A stretch of 64,000 bases of DNA from Eledone cirrhosa (taxonomy: Eukaryota): the NCBI GenBank assembly GCA_964016885.1, contig OZ024757.1:32984001-33048000 (forward strand), in the 5' to 3' direction. This document shows, one piece after another, positions 37,411 to 48,994 of this stretch (the stretch's first letter is position 1; each line of letters begins with the position of its first letter). A model generated the notes under the pieces. The model did not search any database and was not told the DNA's origin. It saw only the letters and a program-made list of their open reading frames with translations. A program made the translations under genes and the position numbers.

Positions 37411-40400
37411 TTACAGATATATACTCAGAGTCGGCCCATTCACTCGGGCCATTCTTGCTTCTCTCACCCATCTTTCAACAAAATGCTGGGAAGAGAGCAC
37501 TTCCCTCTCTACTCTGATTTTCCTTTTCAAATGAAATTTGAAAAAGTCAATCAGAGCATCACCGAAGAGGTAAGTGCTCGTCTTCAGCCCTTTCAAACGT
37601 GTCCACCATACTATCTCTTTCGCCATGGCCACCAGACAGATAAAAACTGCCTGCCCTTCCCGGCTAAAGGAGGAGGGCGGGGCAATCCTCACGATGGACT
37701 CAGATGATAGCTGGATCCGTCCTAAACGCGACAGCAGGTGTTCGACATAAACCCACAAGTCAGCAATTTTCGGACACTGGACGAGTGCGTGCAGGACGGT
37801 TTCGTCGCCCTGCGCGCATCTCGGACATGCCCGGCTGACGGCACCTCCATGCCTGTAGAGTTTATCCCGAACTGGCAAGGCTCCTCGGTAGCACTGCCAG
37901 GCCAGAGATTTCTGGAAGTTGTCCATAGGCCCTGGCCCGAAAGTTCTTCCGAAGAGATTGGCTAGTTGATTTTCGTCGACGCCTAGAGTTTCCCCAAGTA
38001 CGTCGTCGCTCTTCCCCTCCACTAATCCTCTATAGAACGCCGAGGTGGAGTTTCCACCGATCACATTGCCCGATTGGTCGAGGGCTGTGAGCGCCTGAAG
38101 ACATTCCAGTCTCCAGGCGCTCCCTCTCGGTCTTCGCTTGACCCAGGACTGCAGCTCCGTCAAGGAAACGAGCTGGGGAAAAACGCGTCTAGCAAACGGC
38201 GACCACACCTGATCACCGTCGAGGAAGAGGTGGAGATGTCGTAGCCTGAGCGCGTGCCTGCGCATCATCAGCCACGGCATGCCCAGCCCTCCACGTAGCG
38301 GGTGTTGACAACAGATGGACCGCCTGACCATCGGAGCACGTCCCTTCCACAAAAAGCGAAAGAGCAAACGCTCCAGCGCAGTCAGGCGAGGCTTAGGACA
38401 AGGTACGACGGTTAGGCGGTAGCAGATGACAGACGCGATGTACGCGTTAGCCACCTCCGCTCGACCTTTCAGGGATAGCTTCCTCTCCGCCCATTTCTGG
38501 GTGAGAGAAGCCACCCTGCTCGTCACCTCGTCCCAGTTTTTGTCCGTCTGGAGGTCCGGACCGAACCAGACCCCTAGCAATTTAACCGGTCCGTCCGTCC
38601 AGCGCCCGACGACGCTGTTGGACGGCATGGACCTGCCTCTCCAGGTGCCGAGCTGCAGGCCCACTGACTTTTCCTGGTTGATCATTGCTCCTGTCACCGC
38701 TTCGTATTCTCTTAGTGTAGTGCCGATCGCCTCGATGTGTTTGGCGTTCGACACCACTACGGTGACATCGTCCGCATATGCTGACACGGATCTTCCGCAT
38801 CCTAGTTCGCGCGGGACTCCCCTCAACGTCTCCAGTTTGTGCAGTAATGGCTCGAGAGTCAATACGTACAAGAGGGACGAGAGGGGACATCCTTGGCGGA
38901 CCGAGCGCATGATGTTGAACGGTTCCGACAGGTGACCGTTCACTCTCACCACAGAGCAGATGTCGCTGTGCATGGCAGCGATCCAGCCTCTGAAGACGGG
39001 CCCAAAGCCAGCCGCCCTCAGGACTGCCGCTAGGTAACGATGGTCGACCCTATCGAAAGCTTTCGACTGATCTAAATTGATCAAGGACCCACCCGTGCCA
39101 GGTTCCCTAGCTACCCTCTCTACGATGTATCGCATGAGGTGGAGGTTGTCGTGGATGGATCTGTCGGGAATGGCGCATGTCTGCGCCTCTCCCACCAGAC
39201 CACCAACGACAAGCGCCAACCTCTTTGCTAGCACCTTGGCCAAAATCTTAAACTCTGTGTTTAGCAGAGTTATGGGCCGGAAATTGTCTATGTTATCCCC
39301 CTTGTTCGGATCCTTTCTCAGCAGTGCCACCGCTCCTCGGCTCACAGAACTGGGAATTCTCCCGTTCTGTTGCCAGTTGCAGTAGACGTCCGCCAAGAGG
39401 CCTCCGAACAAGTCTGGCATCTGTACGTAAAGTTCATAGGGCAGACCATCCAAACCAGGCGATTTACCCCTTGTGCAGCCAGTCATTGCCTCCCGTACTT
39501 CAGCGGCTGTTATCGGCTTTTCGCAACACCTCGCCTCAGTGGCCGAGAGCCGCGGCAGCCCGTCGAGGTAGACACTAAAGTCCATCCCTCTACCCGGCCC
39601 CCCGCTGCCCCCGAACAGCTGAGCGAAGTGTCGCTGAAAAGTTTCACACATTTGCCCGGGATCGAGTAGCATGCGCCCGTCGTGGTCCACCAAAGACCGG
39701 ATCGTGGCTTTGTTGCCACGACGCGCCTCCGCCACTCGGGCCCATTGAACGGCTTTCGTCCCCTCGTGTCTGAGAGCACGCACCCTAGCTCTGACAACGC
39801 AGCCTTCGTGCTTTGCATTGAAGAATTGGTCAAGGGCCAATTTCGCCGCAAGCACGTCGGTCGCAATGCCTTTGCTAAGCGCCTCGTCTAATTTTCTAAC
39901 TAGTTCTCCCTCTGCTCTATTTTTCTCTATTGCTAAAGCCTTACTAAACCTAATCGATTCTATTCTAATCGCTCTTTTCAGAGCAAACCACCACTTGTTG
40001 TTGACGATGGCCCCCGTCAACGCCCGCTTAACTAGTTCGCTAATCCGGTCTCTGTAGGCCTTGCGCGCTGGTAAGGACGCGTTTAGCTTCCAGTAGCCGG
40101 GTCCTCGTCTATGAAGCCTATCTAAGTCAAGCACACAGATCACGAATTTGTGGTCCGTGTAGCTGACTATCTTGAATTGTGGACAGCCTATGCTAGACCT
40201 ATCTATTTCCCTACAAAATACTCTATCTAGATATGATCTGGATGACCCTATGCGGTTTGTCCAAGTCCACATTGGCACATTCGGGAAATCCAATCGGTAC
40301 CTGTCAGACAGTTCAAAACGCCTGAGCAGGTTGGTGAGGCTCTTGCACCCTCCACCCCTATCCGCTAATCCCACACAGTCCCAGCGTGCATCTAAGATCC

Positions 40401-40830
40401 CGTTCCAGTCGCCCACTAACACTAAAGAGCGGGACGTTCCAAGAAAGGTCTCCAGACGCCGGAAGAAATCAGGCCGCCCTGCTCCTGTCGGGGCATAGAC
40501 GGCCACTAGCCTGAAGGCTTGCCCGTCTCCGCTGGTCACGTCCAGCACCACCAGCTTACCCTCTGGGTCCAGGAAGATGGCCCGTATGGCGAGATCCAAA
40601 CCTCTCCGAAAAAGTACAGCAACTCCTCCACCGGATCCAGGACGGCTGGGAGATGCGTACACATCGTAGCCGCCGAAGATCGGTGCGAAGGCCCGTGCTT
40701 CGGAGATTCTGGTCTCGCTGATGGCCACTACATCTATGTTTAGTGACCTGAGGTCGTTGAGCAGGTGACCCTGCTTCCATGACGACCCCAAGCCACGCGC
40801 ATTTATGCTGCCTATTCTGAGTGAGGTCAT
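37411..40830 (-). CDS. ORF2: APE endonuclease + reverse transcriptase + C-terminal zinc finger (1139 aa)
   Basis: SINARG, SETR, VYAP, GDWN, YLDR, TDH; KSPGLDG, FRPITLLN, DQSKAFDRVDH, QGCPLS, YADD; CPRC-x8-H-x4-C; uninterrupted. Confidence 0.96.
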   Translation of the reverse strand: MTSLRIGSINARGLGSSWKQGHLLNDLRSLNIDVVAISETRISEARAFAPIFGGYDVYASPSRPGSGGGVAVLFRRGLDLAIRAIFLDPEGKLVVLDVTSGDGQAFRLVAVYAPTGAGRPDFFRRLETFLGTSRSLVLVGDWNGILDARWDCVGLADRGGGCKSLTNLLRRFELSDRYRLDFPNVPMWTWTNRIGSSRSYLDRVFCREIDRSSIGCPQFKIVSYTDHKFVICVLDLDRLHRRGPGYWKLNASLPARKAYRDRISELVKRALTGAIVNNKWWFALKRAIRIESIRFSKALAIEKNRAEGELVRKLDEALSKGIATDVLAAKLALDQFFNAKHEGCVVRARVRALRHEGTKAVQWARVAEARRGNKATIRSLVDHDGRMLLDPGQMCETFQRHFAQLFGGSGGPGRGMDFSVYLDGLPRLSATEARCCEKPITAAEVREAMTGCTRGKSPGLDGLPYELYVQMPDLFGGLLADVYCNWQQNGRIPSSVSRGAVALLRKDPNKGDNIDNFRPITLLNTEFKILAKVLAKRLALVVGGLVGEAQTCAIPDRSIHDNLHLMRYIVERVAREPGTGGSLINLDQSKAFDRVDHRYLAAVLRAAGFGPVFRGWIAAMHSDICSVVRVNGHLSEPFNIMRSVRQGCPLSSLLYVLTLEPLLHKLETLRGVPRELGCGRSVSAYADDVTVVVSNAKHIEAIGTTLREYEAVTGAMINQEKSVGLQLGTWRGRSMPSNSVVGRWTDGPVKLLGVWFGPDLQTDKNWDEVTSRVASLTQKWAERKLSLKGRAEVANAYIASVICYRLTVVPCPKPRLTALERLLFRFLWKGRAPMVRRSICCQHPLRGGLGMPWLMMRRHALRLRHLHLFLDGDQVWSPFARRVFPQLVSLTELQSWVKRRPRGSAWRLECLQALTALDQSGNVIGGNSTSAFYRGLVEGKSDDVLGETLGVDENQLANLFGRTFGPGPMDNFQKSLAWQCYRGALPVRDKLYRHGGAVSRACPRCAQGDETVLHALVQCPKIADLWVYVEHLLSRLGRIQLSSESIVRIAPPSSFSREGQAVFICLVAMAKEIVWWTRLKGLKTSTYLFGDALIDFFKFHLKRKIRVEREVLSSQHFVERWVREARMARVNGPTLSIYL

Positions 40831-40865
40831 GTTTAAAATAGAGTGGAAAAGATGGGAAAGACCAC

Positions 40866-42878
40866 TTACCGTATTTTTGGTAGAGGAGGGATGGTTTTTA
40901 CATCCCTTTTCACTTGATCGTCTGGTGAAGGGACCGTTGAATCGTCCCTTCGGCTGGTCGTCGGCTCTTCTAAGAGAATGTCTGAATATACTCTTCGATT
41001 AATGGTTCCTCCTAGGTCCCTGAAATCACCAACTGCGTTGGGAAATTTCGTTTTAATGTTTGTGTATTGTTTCTGTGCTATTTTTAGCAGTCTTATGTTA
41101 GTTGGCGTTTTGATTGGTGCTGGTATTATGTAGTCCTGTTGTGAAATGTCTGTGTGTTCAATTATGTAAGTCATTAGTTTCTTGTTGTGTGTGTTTATTG
41201 CCGTGCATTTGTTTTTCTGGGGGTGGGGTGTGGTTCTGCTATTTTCTTGTCGTTGTTGCTGGGTGTGTGTGTTTTGTTGTTGTGTTTGCGATGTTGGTGC
41301 TTGTGGTGGTGGTGTTGAAGGTGTTGTTGGCGGTGGGGTTGTCGCCGGTGGTGATGGTGGTGCTGGTGTGGGTGGTGATGGTGTTGGTGGTGTTGCTGCT
41401 GTGGGTCTCTTTGCAGTAGACTTTACCCTTTTCTCATTTCTTTCCTCCCTTTTCAAAGGCGACGATGCGCTGCTTCTGCGTTTGTGCCTTCTTGAGACCT
41501 TTTGCCATCCCTCTCCCACCTCACACTCCATGTCTGATTCTGTAAGGTCGGGGAGGGGTACCAGCTCCACTCTTTCACTTGTTGTTGTTGGTGATGTTTG
41601 CACTGGAGTCTCTGTTGCAGCTGCATTTGGTATTGCTGTTGTTGTTGTTAATATTTCCACTGCTGCTGCTGTCTTTGATTTCCGTGGAGTGGGTATGGGT
41701 GCCACGGACCTATCGTTCCTGGTTGCCGCTTGTCCTGTTGCTGGTAGCCGTGGAACCGGATTCGGGAGGAGGGGGGTTTTCTCCTTTCTCAGGGTCTTCT
41801 CGTTGCAGAAGGCCCTGAGGTGAGTCTTCGATCCACAGCGAAAGCATTTCGGGCGTTTGCCCTCAACACTTATGGGCAGTTGAGTGCCGTTATCGAAGTC
41901 TATCACATCCGGGATAGCTTCGATGCACTCCTGGTTGGTTTGGATTAGCATCTCAATGGAGGAGCCGACCCAATCTTCTCTTACTTTTTTCTGTACTTGC
42001 AGTACAGTTGTTTTGTCCTCGATTCCGACGAGGACAGACGCGGCCAGCCAAGAAGGGGTCATTCCGGGGGGGACGTGGGTCAGTTTGACCCTCACAATTT
42101 TTTGCCCGCAGTAGGAGGGCACCAACACCATTTCCTCGCTCCTTAGGGTCACTACTGATTGGGCCTTTGCCTCCTGGGGTGTGGCAAAAAGTACGTCTAC
42201 GGTGGCGTATTTTTTGCCTCGGGTGATGTGCGTTTTCCTCTGCCACACAGACCCCAAGGCTTTTTGTATTTGGGCCTCTGTGGCTCTTTCCACCCTACGG
42301 GATTTTGTACTTACTGTACGGTACGTGACCGTACAGTGCTCTTGGGTTTCGAAAAAATTTTTCGCTGCCTTGCAGATTGCTCGGTGTCCGTTCTTTGTCA
42401 CCATCTTCTTCGCTTCCTCTAATTCCTCATTTGTTATGAGGATTGTTTCCAGGTTTTTCGCAATACCTGCAAATGAGATTGGTTTTTCTCTGCTGTTGTT
42501 GTTGTCGTCAGAGCTGCTGGTACTTTTGTTGTTGCTGCAGGTACTACGACTACTGCCTCCGCCGCTGTTGCTGTGGTTGTTGTTGGTGTTGCTGCTGCTA
42601 ATGCTGTTGTTGTTTATGCTGCTGGTGATGCTGTTGCGGCTGCTACTGTTGTTTTCATTGTCACTGTTGCTGTTGTTATTACGGCTGCTACTGCTATTAT
42701 TCCTGACGTCAGACGAATGAACTGGGTTTTCGTATTTCCCGCACACCTGTTTCGTCGCTGTCGTCGTCGTCGTGGAGAAACCTTGCACGCTTTGCACGAG
42801 ACTTTTCTTTTCTTTCGTCGCTTGCGAAAGAGAAGGTAGGGAGAGAGACACATTTAAAGAAGGGAGGGAGAGAGACAA
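40866..42878 (-). CDS. ORF1: gag-like nucleic-acid-binding protein (start uncertain)
   Basis: 670 open codons; N/S-rich N-terminus, RRM-like core, CCHC knuckle CFRCGSKTHLRAFC, P/T-rich tail; called start is TTG. Confidence 0.88.
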   Translation of the reverse strand: MSLSLPSLNVSLSLPSLSQATKEKKSLVQSVQGFSTTTTTATKQVCGKYENPVHSSDVRNNSSSSRNNNSNSDNENNSSSRNSITSSINNNSISSSNTNNNHSNSGGGSSRSTCSNNKSTSSSDDNNNSREKPISFAGIAKNLETILITNEELEEAKKMVTKNGHRAICKAAKNFFETQEHCTVTYRTVSTKSRRVERATEAQIQKALGSVWQRKTHITRGKKYATVDVLFATPQEAKAQSVVTLRSEEMVLVPSYCGQKIVRVKLTHVPPGMTPSWLAASVLVGIEDKTTVLQVQKKVREDWVGSSIEMLIQTNQECIEAIPDVIDFDNGTQLPISVEGKRPKCFRCGSKTHLRAFCNEKTLRKEKTPLLPNPVPRLPATGQAATRNDRSVAPIPTPRKSKTAAAVEILTTTTAIPNAAATETPVQTSPTTTSERVELVPLPDLTESDMECEVGEGWQKVSRRHKRRSSASSPLKREERNEKRVKSTAKRPTAATPPTPSPPTPAPPSPPATTPPPTTPSTPPPQAPTSQTQQQNTHTQQQRQENSRTTPHPQKNKCTAINTHNKKLMTYIIEHTDISQQDYIIPAPIKTPTNIRLLKIAQKQYTNIKTKFPNAVGDFRDLGGTINRRVYSDILLEEPTTSRRDDSTVPSPDDQVKRDVKTIPPLPKIR

Positions 42879-43334
42879 TCTTCTCTCTCCTGTAGTGATG
42901 ATTGAGGAAGAAGAAGACGGAATGAGTGGGAGTGACGTATGAAATTTTTTTTTTTGGTAGCCATGTTTTTTTGTTTAAAATGAAATTTTGGGTACAAAAC
43001 CCCAATAACTGATTATTTCACCCCGAAGGGCCAAATAACGGACAGAAAGACCCCTCTCACGAGGAGGAGGGTGTCTTTATCAACAATTTGGTTCAAGTTT
43101 TAAACAATTTACAATTGTTTTAAGGGTTAAAAATTACTATACCTTACAGAGCCGAGCCTCCGTCAACCATGGCATTCAATAATAATAATAATAATAATAA
43201 TAATAAAGAGGATTGTCAAAGGGTTTTTATGGAAGGAAATAAATACAGGCAAATAATAAAATTTACAAAGGAAAAAAACCCACCAAGCTATGAAATAAAC
43301 AAAAAGGTGAAAGGAAAGGAAAGGATAAAATAGG

Positions 43335-43692
43335 GTGGGGTAGGAATGGTGTTGGCTAGCGTTGGTGTGAGGTAGGACTTGAGTGGGGTAAAACTTGTGT
43401 TGCGTAGTATTGGTGTGGGGAAGGACTTGAGTGGGGTAAAACTTGTGTTGCGTAGTGTTGGTGTGAGGTAGGACTTGAGTGGGGTAGGACTGGTGTGGGG
43501 TAAAACTTGTGTTGCGTAGTGTTGGGTGGGGTAGGACTTGTGTGGGGTAGGATTGGTGTGGGGTAGTGTTGGTGTGGGGTAGGATTTGAGTGGGGTAAAA
43601 TTTGTGTTGCGTAGGGTTGGTGTGAGGTAGGACTTGAGTGGGGTAAAACTTGTGTTGCGTAGTGTTGGTGTGGGGTAGGATTTGTGTGGGGT
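43335..43692. repeat. G-rich minisatellite, 16-bp subunits in 48-bp higher-order units
   Basis: GTGGGGTAAAACTTGT / GTTGCGTAGTGTTGGT / GTGAGGTAGGACTTGA variants. Confidence 0.88.
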
Positions 43693-44224
43693 GGAGCATA
43701 TAAGTGTTAGGCAAGATAAAAAGAAAGACAGAGAGAAACGAAGCCGGTAACTTGTGTATGACACAATTTCGATGAAACACGTGGGACATTTCCATCTGGG
43801 TTTTTTTAAATATTTTAAGGGGTTGCTCTCAAAGTGTTAGGGATGGTGCTACCATTAAGGCCAACTAGGCAGCCACCATGTGTACAGACCTCAGGGAGGT
43901 GTTACATTGGTATGGTATGGTCCCATAACTCCTGGTGGAGTTGTAGAGGCACCATAGTGACATACAGCTTTTCTTCAGCATTTGTAAGCCTGGCAGAGCC
44001 AATCTCCTCTCCAGGTCTGAACACAGCATAGGAAGATTGAGAAAGTAAGAAAGAGACATAGAAGAAGAATCAACCCCAGTATTAGACTGGTATTTTTTTT
44101 CTATTGACCTCAAGAAGATGAAAAGCAAAGTTGATATTGGCGAGATTTGAACTCAGAGAGAAGAGAGAAGGAATACCACAAAGCATTCTATCTGATGTTC
44201 TAATTACTCTATCAATTCAACACT

Positions 44225-44810
44225 TTAAGTGCTGCATTACTGAACCTTAAAGTATCACAGTTTTATTCAGGGCCAGTGCCACCAATAGTACAGACCTCAG
44301 AGAAGTGCATTAGTGAACCTTAAATAATTGCAATTTTACACAGAGCTGATGCTACCATTAAGGCCAATTAAGCAGTAGATCACAGAAAGGTACATTACTG
44401 AATCTTAAAGAATCACAGTTCAATATGGGGCCTGTGCTTCCATTAAGGCTAACTAAGCAACAGATGACAGAAAGATGCATTAGTGAACCTTAACCCTTTA
44501 GCACTTAAACCAGCTGTGTCCGGCCAGAATTCTCTCACCTCTTTCTGTTCAAACCGGCCATAACTGCTCAAACTGATGTTAAGGTATTGTTCTCAAAATA
44601 AATTATATCAAAATCTCATAGATTTGATATTATGTAAGATAAAGACTTTGCCACAAAAATACAATAGTAAATATAGAGTAATGTAAATGCTAAAGGGTTA
44701 AAGGATCACAGTTTGGTATGGAGCCAGTGCTAACATTAAGGCTCAGATTACAGAAAGGTGCATTACTGAACCTTAAAGGTGTACAGTTTTATACAGGATC
44801 AATGCTATTA
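44225..44810 (+). repeat. Diverged ~75-85-bp tandem repeat with TTAA MITE (44490-44701) inserted in one unit
   Basis: Recurrent GCATTA(C/G)TGAACCTTAAA..CACAGTT; the MITE duplicates the TTAA. Confidence 0.75.
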
Positions 44811-45315
44811 TCAATTCAGCCACCTTGAACACACAGCACTGAACAAAATTTGTATAATCAGGCATGGCTGATTGATTAAGGAATTTACTTCACAACCAGT
44901 TGGTTCTAGGTTCATTCCTGTTGAGTAGAGAGGATCCTTTTGCCATGTAGGGGCAAGGTAGCCCCTCTAGTGTTATTGATATACCAAACAGCCCCCAGTG
45001 TCCTCTGTCAAGACGTTGACGTCAGAATAAAACCATCTAGAGTAGAGAGAGTACTATAATGCTGTCAAAAGATATGATAAACTCCCTAGTGCTGATGTTC
45101 TGGATAAAATGTACCCAGTTCACTTTGTAAAGGGATTGAGTATGGAATGGAGATAGTGAAGGGTAATAGGTGTTCTTTTGTATTGCTAAGGACAGAATAA
45201 CATCTCTAGTGCTGGTGCCATAATAAAATACACCCAGTACACTCTGTAAAGTGATTGATGGTGGAATTGAGAGAAGGTAAGGTAGAGAGCACTGTTTTGT
45301 ATAACTGAGGATATG

Positions 45316-45930
45316 ATAACCTTTCTAATACTGGTGCCATAATAAAATGCACCCAGTACACTCAGCAAAGTGGTTGATTATTGAACAGACAACATAGGAT
45401 AGAGAGGGATCTTCAGTCTTGTCGAGGTCATGTCAATCCTGCTAGTACTTGATAAAATGATAAAATGAACCCCAGGACACTCTGGAAAGCAATTGGTGTT
45501 AGGAAGGGTATCCAACTATAGAAAACATGGCAAACATTGGAACATATTAAACTAGATATGGGTCCCTCTGGCCCATCTAGGAAGGTAGTAAGTCCTGAAT
45601 AACAACAGACTTAAACTATAACAACCCTTCCAACCCATGCCAGTATGGAATGTTAGCATATGATGATGATGATGATAATTAGGAGGTGGAGGTGGGGAGA
45701 GAAAGAGTGGGAGCAGGAGGATTATGGTGATGATGTAAAATCTGAAACCATGTGTAAAGTGACAAGAAGAGCTGACACTGAAAATCTAAAGTTATGTTAT
45801 AAGTACTTGAAGTATTTCCTTACCAAAAGTGAATGTAGGGCAAATGTTCTGCTGACATTGCACTAAACACTGAACCCTTTCTGTCCCCTTACTACAACAA
45901 TTTACTACTTACACCTTGTTTCTATGTGTG
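45316..45930 (-). repeat. Arm B of ~620-bp inverted duplication
   Basis: Reverse complement of 32477-33116. Confidence 0.92.
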
Positions 45931-46005
45931 TATGTATTGTCTGTGTATGTATGTGTGTGTATATATATATATATATATATACACACACATACATACACAG
46001 ACAAT

Positions 46006-46039
<34 letters not shown>

Positions 46040-46040
<1 letters not shown>

Positions 46041-46190
46041 AGAATGGAGACGGTAAAAACCAGTTAAACCATTACTCACGAGAGTACTCAATACTAGGGT
46101 AGTAGAGTTGGTAATATGAAAAATTTGAGCTCCTGCCGTTCAGATCTAGCTGTTCAAGCGGCAGGAACTCAGCCGTTGGGATCCAGAATT

Positions 46191-46197
<7 letters not shown>
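46040..46197. mobile_element. Penelope-like terminal fragment with partial palindrome
   Basis: GAGTACTCAATACTAGGGTAGTAGAG tail and GAGCTCCTGCCG..CGGCAGGAACTC arms; (TA)n flanks. Confidence 0.55.
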
Positions 46198-46270
<73 letters not shown>

Positions 46271-46383
46271 TGTATATAGGTATTATTCAGTGTCGGTTTA
46301 CTTGTGTGTGTGCATGTGTGTGGGTGTGTGTATATATATATCATCATCTTCGTTTAACGTCCATTTTCCACGCTAGCATGGGT

Positions 46384-46464
<81 letters not shown>

Positions 46465-46976
46465 TTAGGACTGTTTCTTTGTGTGTGGAAGTGTAGAGTG
46501 GTGTCGTTTAAAGCTCTGTTTCTATCAGATCTCAGACAAGCTGTTGATTCTCATTATGGAATTAATTATTGAAATTGGTTGAAGTATGTGTGTTTGTGTG
46601 CAGATATATATATACATATATATGTAAATATATATATGTGTGTGTGGTGTGTGTGAGAGAGAGTGTGTCATTTCGACTTTGTACATCTCAAGTTACATGA
46701 ATTTATGTAAAATATTCTGTTTGTGAATGAATATGTTTTAATGGACTCTCCCCCTATCCCAGTCTATCTCTTCTGATACATGCCAAACATTCCTATCATA
46801 CACACAAACATATATATATCATCATCATCATCATCATCATCATCGTTTAACGTCCATGTTCCACGCTTGCATGGGTTTGGACGGGAGTTTTCCCACTTGA
46901 GGCAAGAGTGGTTGTCTTGCTCGCATAGGACTGTCTGGCGGGTTTTCTACAGCTGGATGCCCTTCCTAACACCAAC

Positions 46977-47035
<59 letters not shown>

Positions 47036-47097
47036 ATATATATACATATCATCCTCATCGTATATACATATATAATATATATATACATGTATATACA

Positions 47098-47128
<31 letters not shown>

Positions 47129-47298
47129 ATACATATATATATATATACATATACATATATATATGTATACATATATTTATATATATATTTATATATTTAT
47201 ATATATATATTTATATATACATATATTTATATATACATATATTTATATATACATATATTTATATATATATATATTTATATATATATATACATATATTG

Positions 47299-47363
47299 TA
47301 TTTTGTCTGATGAAGGCATACCATAATGTAACTTGGTATCCTTGAAATATATATAATGAAATA
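47299..47363 (+). ncRNA. Type I hammerhead ribozyme, intact core
   Basis: TATTTTGT-CTGATGA-AGG C ATACCA taatgtaact TGGTAT C CTT-GAAA-TATATA-TA-ATGAAATA. Confidence 0.78.
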
Positions 47364-47404
47364 AATATGGTTTTATAAATATAGTTTCCATTTATTAATA
47401 TGGT

Positions 47405-47453
<49 letters not shown>

Positions 47454-47759
47454 TACACATATATATATACATATATATACACATATATATATACATATAT
47501 ATATACATATATACATATATATATACACACATGCATATATATATATATGTAGGTAGGTATGTATGTATATATGTATATACACATGCAAGACAAACCACAA
47601 CAAAAACACAAACCCTCCATCTCAATTTTACTTTTGAAAATCATAAGAACTGTGAAACTGATAAAGTAAATAGATATTCTTAAAAGACTCCAGTGTCATT
47701 TTCAATTTCTTTTCTTTATATTTTTACCCGTGTGAGACACTTTTTAAAAGACCTTGTTT

Positions 47760-47800
<41 letters not shown>

Positions 47801-48994
47801 TCATTCATTTCATTTCATTTTTATGTCCGCTTTTTCCCTGCTTGCAAGGGTGGGACGGGAACTGATTCTGGCTTGATTTCTACAGCTGGATGCCCTTCCT
47901 AACACCAACCTCATTTTACAGCGAGTGCTGGGTGCTTTTTTTTCGTGGCACCTACACGTCCACTTTACAGTGGAATGATAGGGACCCCAGTCCCTATCAT
48001 TTCATTTCTACAGCTGAGTAAACTGGAGCAATGTGAAATAAAGTGTCTTGCTCAAGGACACAACACATCAGCCGGTCTGAAAATTGAACTCACAACCTTT
48101 CGATTGCAAGCCCAATGCTCTAACCACTAAGCCATGTGCCTCCATATATATATATATACTCATTTAGGTTTGTTGGTTCAGAATTTGACTGAGAGGTCAG
48201 TAACGCTATAAATTGGAAAAAATAATAAGCATCTTTAATCGATTTTCAACTTTTATATATATAAACCATTGGCACATTGTGTCCTTGAGCAAGACACTTT
48301 ATTTCACGTTGCTCCAGTACACTCAGCTGGTAGTACACTCGAAGGGCCAGCCTTGTCACATTCGGTGTCACACTGAATCTCCCAGAGAACTACATTAAGG
48401 GTATGCATGTCTGTGCAATGCTCAGCCACTTGCATGTTAATTTCATGAGCAGGCTGTTCCATTGATCAGATCAACTGGAACAGTCCTTGTCGTAACCAAT
48501 GGTGTGTCATAAATATACATTTAATGTTGACATAACTAGAGCTTTTTAAGTAGAATTCTCAGTGAAAAGAAAGATGGGTAAATATACTTTCAGCTATTCC
48601 ATTCATTCACAGGAAAAGATTATCTTTATGTGTTTCAGAGATTATTGCCTCCTCATCTAGTGATAACTATTCATACTGTTTCACAACTTATGTTCAGCAG
48701 GGTATAGAAATTAACTGAAATGGCCATTAATGTGAATATGCATGATGTGCATTCATTTAGCAATCTAATTAACTAAATTATAATTATTTATGCAGCAGAC
48801 AGCATATATTAGAAGATTTAAGATAAATTTAATGTAAATATAATTATAATTATATGTAAATTAAATTCCTTTATGTGAAATATTGTATATACTTGTGTAT
48901 ATATCACAGCTTTTCCCACAAAAATACTTGAAAAACCAGCATAAAACTTATCTACAGTAGTGAAAACACTTCATTTCAAAATATATGATACATG

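Larger units (their letters stand above)
37149..43177 (-). mobile_element. Near full-length L1/Tx1-like non-LTR retrotransposon flanked by (AAT)n
   Basis: Two long ORFs 35 bp apart; 3' UTR with AATAAA just before a (TAT)n tail (37111-37148); (AAT)n also at 43178-43206; GC/CpG-rich versus flanks. Confidence 0.93.

Noticed and set aside
38426-42839. Antisense and overlapping ORFs inside the Tx1
   Set aside because: Expected shadows of GC-rich and low-complexity coding sequence; no motifs.
43046-43078. HDV-like ribozyme in the Tx1 5' UTR (CTCCTCGT loop)
   Set aside because: Folds as a simple hairpin; the P1.1 GG and nested pseudoknot could not be built.
43163-43795. 210-aa ORF upstream of ORF1 as an extra element gene
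   Set aside because: Consists of the 48-bp minisatellite and (TAT)n translation.
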